64,000 nt of DNA from an uncultured bacterium (GTDB taxonomy: Bacteria; Acidobacteriota; HRBIN11; JAKEFK01). Positions 57,000 through 64,000 of this stretch are shown here, in pieces. Under the pieces are notes generated by a model. The model was not told the DNA's origin, did not search any database, and was given only the letters and a program-made list of their open reading frames with translations. Where the stretch lies: NCBI GenBank assembly GCA_963777505.1, contig CAVZQN010000004.1, positions 1,280,001-1,344,000 on the forward strand, given 5' to 3'. Numbering within the stretch: position 1 is the first letter of the stretch; every line of letters starts with the position of its first letter. A program made the translations under genes and the position numbers.

Positions 57000-58152
57000 C
57001 CCAGATTCCCGCTGCAATCACCCTTTTGTCGCGACGTTCAAAACTGGTTTTGTTTCCAAGACGATCCAGGATTACAACTTCATTCTGATCGGATTGAAAG
57101 GCGCTCTCGTTGCCTCCAACATTGTTTGCAACGATTAAATCCAGTTTTTTTCTAGTGAGTTTTTCTTGCGCATTCTTTTCAAGATTTTCTGTTTCAGCGC
57201 AAAAACCAACCAGTATTTGATTTTCTCTTTTCTCTGCCAGCAGTGCAAGAATATCATCAGTTGGATTTAAAGCCAGCGTTTCCGATCTGCCGGTTTTCTT
57301 CTTTTTATTCGTGAAAACATCGGCAGGCGTAAAATCTGAAACAGCAGCGCTCTTGATTACATAGTCTGCGGTTTCAAATGCCTCGAGTACTGCATCTCGC
57401 ATTTGTTGTGCGCTTTCAACACGGATCAAATTCACTCCAAGCGGTGGAAGAATTTGTGTAGGACCGCTGATTAAAGTTACGCGCGCACCTCGCATTACAG
57501 CTTCTTCTGCCATCGCATAACCCATTTTGCCGGAGGAACGGTTCGTCAAAATTCGAACCGGATCCAATGATTCCCACGTTGGCCCTGCGGTCACTACAAC
57601 GTGTTTTCCAAAGAGTGACGAGGTTGCGTTCAGCATCATCAGTGCCCGTTCAGCGATTAATTCAACAGGAGCAAGTCTTCCAGCGCCTTCGTCCCCGCAA
57701 GCAAGATAACCTTCATCCGGTTCTACAAAATGAACGCCTGTAGAACGAAGCTTTGCGATGTTTTCTTGAACCATCGGATTGCGATACATGTAAACATTCA
57801 TTGCAGGAGCAATCAAAACAGGGCAGCGTCTCGCCAGGAAAAACGTGGACAGAAAATCATCGGCAACCCCGGAAGCAAATTTACCGATGACATTCGCAGT
57901 TGCCGGCGCAACTACAAGAAGTTTAGTTTCGCGAGCCAATTCAACATGCATCACTTCGCCATTTCGTGCTTTGAATTCGTCCAAATAGACAGGATGCTGG
58001 CTCAGGCTTGCGAAGGTGATCGGACGCACAAATCGTGTAGCATTGCGGGTCATAACCACACGAACAGTGTGTCCTGCTTTTTGAAGGAGGCGCAGAATTT
58101 CAGCCGCTTTGTAGGATGAAATAGAACTTGCTACGCCAAGCGTTACGTTCAA
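56941..58152 (-). CDS. coaBC: Phosphopantothenoylcysteine decarboxylase/ligase
   Basis: PATAN, PAMN, LACG..G.GRL, TAGPT.E..DPVR...NRSSGKMG, AAVSDF. Confidence 0.96.
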   Translation of the reverse strand: MNVTLGVASSISSYKAAEILRLLQKAGHTVRVVMTRNATRFVRPITFASLSQHPVYLDEFKARNGEVMHVELARETKLLVVAPATANVIGKFASGVADDFLSTFFLARRCPVLIAPAMNVYMYRNPMVQENIAKLRSTGVHFVEPDEGYLACGDEGAGRLAPVELIAERALMMLNATSSLFGKHVVVTAGPTWESLDPVRILTNRSSGKMGYAMAEEAVMRGARVTLISGPTQILPPLGVNLIRVESAQQMRDAVLEAFETADYVIKSAAVSDFTPADVFTNKKKKTGRSETLALNPTDDILALLAEKRENQILVGFCAETENLEKNAQEKLTRKKLDLIVANNVGGNESAFQSDQNEVVILDRLGNKTSFERRDKRVIAAGIWDVIIERTTELKSRPIVSHA

Positions 58153-58155
58153 GGG

Positions 58156-58374
58156 TTATTTCCGTGATTTCTTTTCTTTCAAACGATCCGGAAGTTCAAA
58201 TTGAACTTTGTGTTCGAGGCTTTCCAGCATCGCAACAACTGTCGGTTTTCTGATGCCTATGTCCGTACGCGGTTTGGCGCCTCTTTGAAGCTGCAACGCC
58301 CGTTTGGCAGCTATCATTACAAACAAAAATCGATTGTCGATCTTATCTAACGAAACTCGAGTCACATAATCCAT
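58156..58374 (-). CDS. rpoZ: RNA polymerase omega subunit
   Basis: NRF.FV..AAKRA.QL..GA.P...KP...A..E; GGAG RBS before ATG 58374. Confidence 0.9.
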   Translation of the reverse strand: MDYVTRVSLDKIDNRFLFVMIAAKRALQLQRGAKPRTDIGIRKPTVVAMLESLEHKVQFELPDRLKEKKSRK

Positions 58375-58448
58375 TGATTCACATTCTCCAGCTTGATTTA
58401 AATACGGCCTCCTATTATACGGAAAGGTTGTGGGGGGTGGCAACCGGT

Positions 58449-58547
58449 GGGGAGCAGAGGGGCGAGGAGCAGAGGAGCGGGGAGCGGAGGAGCAGAGGGG
58501 CGGGGAGCGGAGGAGCGGAGGAGCGGAGGGGCAGAGGAGCGGAGGGG
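58449..58547 (+). repeat. GGAGCGGA/GGAGCAGA octamer tandem run (about 12 units) between gmk and rpoZ
   Basis: ggggagca gaggggcg aggagcag aggagcgg ggagcgga ggagcaga... Confidence 0.85.
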
Positions 58548-59174
58548 CTAGTCGTTTGCGGAGAAGTCGTTGAGGATAGAGTCGATTCGGTCGGTCTGCA
58601 GCTCGCGTTTGCTTTCGGTGCTATGAATGATTCCGGAAAGGCTTTTGGAAGCATTATGCAAATCATCATTAATAATGATGTAATCAAATTCCCCAAATCG
58701 TAGAATTTCTTTCTTCGCATTTTCAAGACGTTTCAACATCACTTCTTCCGAATCTTTTTGACGAGCGAGTAATCTTCGTTTCAGCGCTTCATAGGATGGA
58801 GGCAAAACAAAAATGCTGATGGCATCAGGCATTCTTTCGCGAACTTGTCCGGCGCCTTGAACATCGATATCCAGAATCAGATCGCGATTTTCACTTTTTG
58901 CCCGATCAACAATTTCGCGGGATGTTCCATAAAAATGACCATGAACATTGGCCCATTCCAGAAAGCGATCTTCCTTGATCATCTGCAGAAAGCGCTGTTC
59001 ATCGATGAAAAAATATTCGACGCCATCGCGTTCGCCTGGCCGTGGTGGGCGCGTTGTATGGGATACAGAAAACAATAAGGAAGGATTTTCCGAAAGCAGC
59101 AGATCAATCAGAGTTGTTTTGCCGCTGCCCGAAGGCGCGGAGATGATGAAGATATTATTTTGCTGTTTCTTCAT
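58548..59174 (-). CDS. gmk: Guanylate kinase
   Basis: [41 protein letters not shown]. Confidence 0.96.
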   Translation of the reverse strand: MKKQQNNIFIISAPSGSGKTTLIDLLLSENPSLLFSVSHTTRPPRPGERDGVEYFFIDEQRFLQMIKEDRFLEWANVHGHFYGTSREIVDRAKSENRDLILDIDVQGAGQVRERMPDAISIFVLPPSYEALKRRLLARQKDSEEVMLKRLENAKKEILRFGEFDYIIINDDLHNASKSLSGIIHSTESKRELQTDRIDSILNDFSAND

Positions 59175-59445
59175 CTTCTTCGGCTTCGCTCCTGACTTCT
59201 TCCTCCTCGCGATTTTCTAATCGAGCTAGCAATGTGGATGGCATTACCGCAGAAAGAACTACATGACCGCTGTCAGTTACAACAACTGCACGAGTTTGAC
59301 GTCCGGATGTCGCATCAACAAGCTTTCCATTCTGTCGAGCCTCTTCTTTCAACCGCTTAATCGGTGCAGACTTCGGTGAAACGATCGCAATGATCCGGGA
59401 TGAGATTACAGTATGTCCAAATCCAATATTGAGTAATTCGCGCAT
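59155..59445 (-). CDS. remA: DUF370/RemA family protein
   Basis: LLNIGFG...[14 protein letters not shown]...DAT.GR.TRAV...DS.HVVLSA. Confidence 0.9.
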   Translation of the reverse strand: MRELLNIGFGHTVISSRIIAIVSPKSAPIKRLKEEARQNGKLVDATSGRQTRAVVVTDSGHVVLSAVMPSTLLARLENREEEEVRSEAEEDEETAK

Positions 59446-59477
59446 ATTCCCTTGGTGAAGATCGAGGAGATGAGTCT

Positions 59478-59506
59478 AAGATATCGAGAATTTTGAATAA
59501 AATCAA
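59478..59506 (-). promoter_or_regulatory. Possible sigma-70 promoter upstream of remA-gmk
   Basis: TTGATT-17 nt-TATCTT on the minus strand. Confidence 0.4.
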
Positions 59507-59557
59507 TGAAAATAGAAGAAATAAGGCGTGATTTTCGCTTTTTCTTGAAATTTGGCG

Positions 59558-60439
59558 TTATTCTACGTTCTGGCTTTGCTCTCGGACTTTTTCAACTTCT
59601 GTTTTCATCTCGATCACAGTTTGAGAAATTGGGAGCAAATCGCATTTTGAGCCAATCGTATTGATTTCCCTCAAAATCTCTTGAAGTAGAAAATCGAGCT
59701 TTCGACCCGCAGCCTCTGCTTTTTGAAACAAAGTTTCACATTGTGAAATGTGGCTTCGGAGCCGCACGAGTTCTTCCGTAATGTCCGAACGTTCCGCATA
59801 ATAGGCAATTTCTTGAAACATACGTCCTGTATCTATGTTCTGGCCATTTAACAATTCTTTCATCTTTTCTTCTGTGACTTTTCGAACCATTGCAGGATAT
59901 TCATGCGCATTTTCTTCGATACGAGTCGTCATGCTACGAAGATTATTTAAACGTTCGTGAAGATCTCGCTGAAGGATCTGACCTTCTTGAAGTCTCATTT
60001 GAACAAGCGACTTCAAGCATGTTTCAACCATGGTTTTGATTTCATCAAGCACATCTTTACTGATTTTTTGAACATCGGTCTGAACTTCGATTAGGCCGGG
60101 GATTCTTAGTACAGCAGCTAAATCGATTTCGCCAGGCACACCAAAATCATCCTGAATAGATTTCATTTCAGAGATGAGGCGTCCGACTAAACCGCGATTC
60201 ACGATTACGTGATAGATCCCTTCTTTGAGGAATGTTGTACGTAAGGTAATTTCAACGCGGCCACGCGATAGATGGCGTCCAATGAGACTGCGAAGTTCAC
60301 CTTCAATCGTCATGAGTTCAACTGGGAGTTTTAAGTTGATGTCAAGGAATCGATGGTTGTATGTTCGGATAAAAACATCCAACGTGAATTCTTTTCCTTC
60401 GTAACTACTTTTTGCAAACGCTGTCATGCTTCGAATCAT
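59558..60439 (-). CDS. yicC: YicC/YloC family endoribonuclease
   Basis: MIRSMTAF, NHRFLD, RG.V, DITEEL.RL.SH, GRKLDFL.QE..RE.NT.GSK, REQ.QNVE. Confidence 0.93.
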   Translation of the reverse strand: MIRSMTAFAKSSYEGKEFTLDVFIRTYNHRFLDINLKLPVELMTIEGELRSLIGRHLSRGRVEITLRTTFLKEGIYHVIVNRGLVGRLISEMKSIQDDFGVPGEIDLAAVLRIPGLIEVQTDVQKISKDVLDEIKTMVETCLKSLVQMRLQEGQILQRDLHERLNNLRSMTTRIEENAHEYPAMVRKVTEEKMKELLNGQNIDTGRMFQEIAYYAERSDITEELVRLRSHISQCETLFQKAEAAGRKLDFLLQEILREINTIGSKCDLLPISQTVIEMKTEVEKVREQSQNVE

Positions 60440-60476
60440 ATTTTCATTTTAACCGCAGAGTCTCAGAGTTCAAAAA

Positions 60477-62207
60477 CTATAAATCAATGATGCCGTATTG
60501 AAGTTCGTGGAATTTGCGATACAGCCCTTTAGAGTCCAGTAAATCTTCATGAGTACCGATTTCCTGAATCTGTCCATGTTCAAGCACGATAATTTTATCA
60601 GCTTTACGGATTGTGGAAAGCCGATGGGCAACAATGAAGGTAATTCGATTCTTAAGTAGATTTTCCAAGGCTTTTTGTATTGCGATTTCGGATTCAGCAT
60701 CCAATTCTGAGGTTGCTTCATCCAGGATCAAAATTGCAGGATTGCGCAAAATTGCGCGAGCCAGAGCGATCCGCTGCCGCTGTCCTCCTGAGAGACGATG
60801 GCCGCGCTCACCGATTTCGGTTGAATAACCTTTGGGTAGAAGCGAAATGAAATCATGTGCGTATGCAGCGCGTGCTGCTTCCTCAATCTCTTCCTGGATT
60901 GCTTCTGGTTGGCCGCAGGCAATATTCGCCGCTACCGTATCGTCAAACAAAATAATTTCTTGAGAGACGAGTCCGATTTGGGAGCGCAATGAATCTAAGG
61001 TGCCCTCTCTTAAATCATGTCCATCCACTCGAATCGAACCGGAGGAAACGTCATAGAGACGCGGAATGAGATTCACAAGAGTTGATTTTCCTGCACCGCT
61101 GGGTCCAACAAGCGCGATGACTTCGCCGGCCTGAACAGTAAAATCAATCCCTGTGAGCACAGGTTCATCTAAATAGCGGAATGAAACATCACGGAATTCA
61201 ATGATGTTGCTGACGCGTGGCAACTCAACAGCATTGGGTTGCTCAATAATCCGTTCGTTACGATTCAGCACCGCCTGAATCCGTTCATAACTTGCAACAG
61301 CTTGCTGAATTGTTTGATTCGATTTGCTCAGTTTCTTAATCGGTGTATACATGAAAAAAAGCGCTGACAGGAATGCAGTAAAGTCTCCAGCTGTTAGCGT
61401 TCCGGCCTGAATTTGACGGCTGCCGTACCACATGACTAACACCGCTGCGACGCCGCTCAATAATTCCATAAAGGGCGATAAGAAAGACACAATTCGCGAG
61501 GATCGAAGTCCTTCCTCAAGAAGCTTTTGGCTCGTTTGTTCAAACTTTTTTGCTTCCCGATCTTCCATCTGATATGCCTGAACGATTCGTGATCCGGTAA
61601 TCGATTCAAAGAGGATTTGAGAAAGACGGCTGATACTTTCCTGAGATTTTCTGCTTGCGTGGCGGAGCCGGCTCGAGAATCGCGTAATGGGATATACAAC
61701 AACTGGAAATAGTGTGAAAGAGATAAGCGCTAGTTTCCAATCTAGGTAAAAAATTACAATTAGAAGTCCCGCCAATGTGAAGGTTTCTTTAACAAGGTCG
61801 CTTAACGCTTTCGAAACAGCATCTTGAATGCGATCGGTATCGCTGATTACACGTGCTGTAAGGTCTCCTGTTTTTTCAGCTGAGAAGAAGGTGAGCGATT
61901 GATACATGATGTGGCTGTAAAGTTTGTTCCTCAGATTCCGGACAATCTTTAGCCCGATTGAAGTCATCAAATATGAAGAGAGGAATGAAAAAATGCCTTT
62001 TCCTGCGTAGAAAAAAATCAGCAGAATTGAAACACGGAAAAGTGCATCAGGCTTTGTTTGAATCAAAACGTCATCAAGGATTTGCTTAACAAGCAAGGTC
62101 AATTGAGCTGTGAAGATTGCGACAGCAATCATGCTGATTACTGCCAGTATCCATTCTTTGCGATATGGCTTTATCTGCGCAATCAGCGTCTTGATGGTTG
62201 GATTCAT
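60477..62207 (-). CDS. msbA: MsbA-like lipid A ABC exporter (TMD-NBD)
   Basis: 6-TM domain, GPSGAGKS, LSGGQRQR, ILDEATS, IVAHRLST. The substrate assignment is inferred. Confidence 0.8.
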   Translation of the reverse strand: MNPTIKTLIAQIKPYRKEWILAVISMIAVAIFTAQLTLLVKQILDDVLIQTKPDALFRVSILLIFFYAGKGIFSFLSSYLMTSIGLKIVRNLRNKLYSHIMYQSLTFFSAEKTGDLTARVISDTDRIQDAVSKALSDLVKETFTLAGLLIVIFYLDWKLALISFTLFPVVVYPITRFSSRLRHASRKSQESISRLSQILFESITGSRIVQAYQMEDREAKKFEQTSQKLLEEGLRSSRIVSFLSPFMELLSGVAAVLVMWYGSRQIQAGTLTAGDFTAFLSALFFMYTPIKKLSKSNQTIQQAVASYERIQAVLNRNERIIEQPNAVELPRVSNIIEFRDVSFRYLDEPVLTGIDFTVQAGEVIALVGPSGAGKSTLVNLIPRLYDVSSGSIRVDGHDLREGTLDSLRSQIGLVSQEIILFDDTVAANIACGQPEAIQEEIEEAARAAYAHDFISLLPKGYSTEIGERGHRLSGGQRQRIALARAILRNPAILILDEATSELDAESEIAIQKALENLLKNRITFIVAHRLSTIRKADKIIVLEHGQIQEIGTHEDLLDSKGLYRKFHELQYGIIDL

Positions 62208-62254
62208 GCGCTTATCATACTATTAACCGCAGAGACGCAGTGACGATGCCTGAA

Positions 62255-64000
62255 TTACTGTTTGTGCTGCGAGAGGAGTTGCTGAATCTCCGGCTGACTT
62301 GAATCCAGAGCGAGTGATTTTTCCCAAAATTCAACAGCACTCTGTTTGTTTCCGAGTTGCAATTCGGCAGTGGCAAGAGTATTGAGCAGATCGGTTGTGT
62401 AGAATCCAAGCTCCATCGCCTTCTTCAACATTCCGGAAGCTTTTTGCGCATCTTTTTGTTCGAGAGACCACTTGCCTATGTAGTAATAAGCTTCACTGTC
62501 AGATGGCGCTTCTTGAGCTAACTTTTCATAGGCAGAGATTGCTTCGGGAATGTTTCCTTTCGCTTTTTCGATACGGGCTAATAATCCACGCGCGACATAA
62601 GAGTTTGGCGCAAGATCGATAGCAATTCGAGCATGGCGTACTGCAGACTCCAGATCGTTCCGCAAGAAATATTGCAGCGAAAGATTTGTATGCAGCGCTT
62701 CAGGAGGATTTGCTGATTGAGCCTGAATTCTTAGTCTGCCTAACATTTCTTCATTTGTATTGATACGAACAGGGGTCTCGCCTTCGATGGCTACCTCGCC
62801 CCGTGAAAGGCGCATGTATGCAGTGTAAGCGCCGGGAACCAGCGATTGAAGACGGATCAATCGTCCGATATCTTGTTCAGCTCTTTGGGAAACTAAAACC
62901 GATTCACTCAGCTCCAGTACGTTCTGATTTTCCTTCTTAAGGCCAAATTTTAGATCCCATGTCCCGGCGATGTTTTCTCCTTTCGGATTCAACATCTTTG
63001 TATAAAGGATGAGGACTTGATTAACGCTTAAGGTCAAATTTTCTTTGGGTGAAAACTGCTGATTCGCGTAAAGAAATGGCTTGTCACCTGGCTCAACCTG
63101 GCTGACTTTAAAGGAAATTAATGGGTCCAAAAGCTCGAGTTCTTCACCAGGTGCTTTTACTTCGAAAGTGCGTTCCAAATTCCCTGCGCTATTGGAAGCA
63201 TAATCGCGGAACACAGAGTTCAACGTGTACTTTCCGGGAAGCAGATAAGTGTCGAATGTATAGCAGAAGTAAAATGCTTTTGCTTTTGCAAATTCAGCTT
63301 CTTGCATTCTCAAAGCAGGACTGTCATTAATTCGAATAATTTCATTTTTCTTTTCATCAACGATGCTTCCGATTAAATCAACACGGCCTTGATACAACGT
63401 TTCCGATTTTTCAAATGTGACGTACTTCGGCGGGATCGCAATAGCAATGCTCGTCCGTAATACACCATCCCTGTGAGGAACCGAGTAAGTCGTTACATCA
63501 GCTTCAAAGCCTTCATACACAACGGTGGTTTCAACTGTTGGGCGCTTCTTTTCTATGCGGCGGATGGCTCCAGGATCTTGTAATGTCGCGCGGACGATCT
63601 CAGATTCATTTGGACTTGAACCTACTGAAAGTCTTTCTGCCGCTTCAACAATTTGCGGATCGAAAAGGGTCTTCATCTGAGAACGCGTCCTCGGATTATC
63701 GAAATCCATCGATGACGGAGTTAGCGATTTCATTCCATCAAACAAAGGACTATAGAGACGAAAATCCCCAGCGCCGTGACGCTTAAAGAAAATAAGTTCC
63801 AGTGAAGGCGGAAGTCCTGGATATCCAAGACTGTAATATGACCAGAGTTCCAGCGGAAAGTATTTGTCTGAATTGTGATGGCCTTCCACTGAGTTCGGTT
63901 TTCCAAGCAGAAGATAAATTTTTGCCCGGTCAGATGGAATGCGGTAATGCTTTTTCGCATACTCAAATCGCTTCATGTATTCCTTCTGATATTCGTTTTC
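62255..64000 (-). CDS. GWxTD-like domain + TPR protein, 5' end outside the window
   Basis: ENEY...RFEYA...SDRAKIYLLLGKP...ELWSY..LG.PGLP...IFF; C-terminal TPRs. Confidence 0.75.
   Translation of the reverse strand, partial: ENEYQKEYMKRFEYAKKHYRIPSDRAKIYLLLGKPNSVEGHHNSDKYFPLELWSYYSLGYPGLPPSLELIFFKRHGAGDFRLYSPLFDGMKSLTPSSMDFDNPRTRSQMKTLFDPQIVEAAERLSVGSSPNESEIVRATLQDPGAIRRIEKKRPTVETTVVYEGFEADVTTYSVPHRDGVLRTSIAIAIPPKYVTFEKSETLYQGRVDLIGSIVDEKKNEIIRINDSPALRMQEAEFAKAKAFYFCYTFDTYLLPGKYTLNSVFRDYASNSAGNLERTFEVKAPGEELELLDPLISFKVSQVEPGDKPFLYANQQFSPKENLTLSVNQVLILYTKMLNPKGENIAGTWDLKFGLKKENQNVLELSESVLVSQRAEQDIGRLIRLQSLVPGAYTAYMRLSRGEVAIEGETPVRINTNEEMLGRLRIQAQSANPPEALHTNLSLQYFLRNDLESAVRHARIAIDLAPNSYVARGLLARIEKAKGNIPEAISAYEKLAQEAPSDSEAYYYIGKWSLEQKDAQKASGMLKKAMELGFYTTDLLNTLATAELQLGNKQSAVEFWEKSLALDSSQPEIQQLLSQHKQ

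Noticed and set aside
19687-58443. Long N-terminal extensions in the ORF track (GWxTD, tsaE, aceE, khpA, rnhB, MscS, DUF6600, ccmH, rpoZ)
   Set aside because: They overlap upstream genes or repeats. Downstream starts have RBSs, stop/start overlaps or family-typical N-termini.
58374-58726. ORFs across the octamer run (and the similar 8576-8881 minus ORF)
   Set aside because: They are low-complexity translations of stop-free repeats overlapping gmk or the AlkP gene.
1-64000. Integrase, transposase, RAYT, prophage, reverse transcriptase or defence genes
   Set aside because: No ORF shows the relevant catalytic motifs. Any mobiliser for the repeats must lie outside this window.

Overview
This is a bacterial chromosomal window of roughly 43-45% GC by eye. 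GWxTD proteins, a secreted VWA protein, a FecR-DUF6600 protein and a CxxxY-type CcmE suggest an Acidobacteriota-like lineage, but this is inference. The first ~6.5 kb, lying 3' of a tRNA-Leu(CAG), is an accessory, partly decayed redox/detox cluster: a frameshifted cNMP-thioredoxin-reductase-like gene and Zn-alcohol dehydrogenase, VOC and cupin genes, a GC-rich epoxide hydrolase, and remnants of an SDR and a Fis-type activator. The rest is mostly housekeeping and envelope genes: gatCA, scpA, nnr, tsaE, aceEF, an ECF sigma/anti-sigma pair, rsmD, rpsP-khpA-rimM-trmD-rplS-rnhB, a ccm cluster, priA-udg-coaBC-rpoZ-gmk-remA-yicC and msbA. I found no CRISPR array, integrase or transposase. The most interesting signals are: (i) several families of tiny repeat arms and palindromes that supply stop codons, -10 boxes and even coding sequence to host genes; (ii) an unexplained ~97-bp tandem array ending in a perfect hairpin; (iii) an in-frame trmD-rplS fusion with a T_TTA_AAA slippery site whose -1 frame stops at once; (iv) a Ccm system combining Cys-type CcmE with a CcmH-like protein; (v) a canonical sigma-54 promoter before the FecR-DUF6600 gene. 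Several single-base homopolymer indels (e.g. in ccmC) suggest long-read consensus errors, so every frameshift-based claim needs read-level checking.
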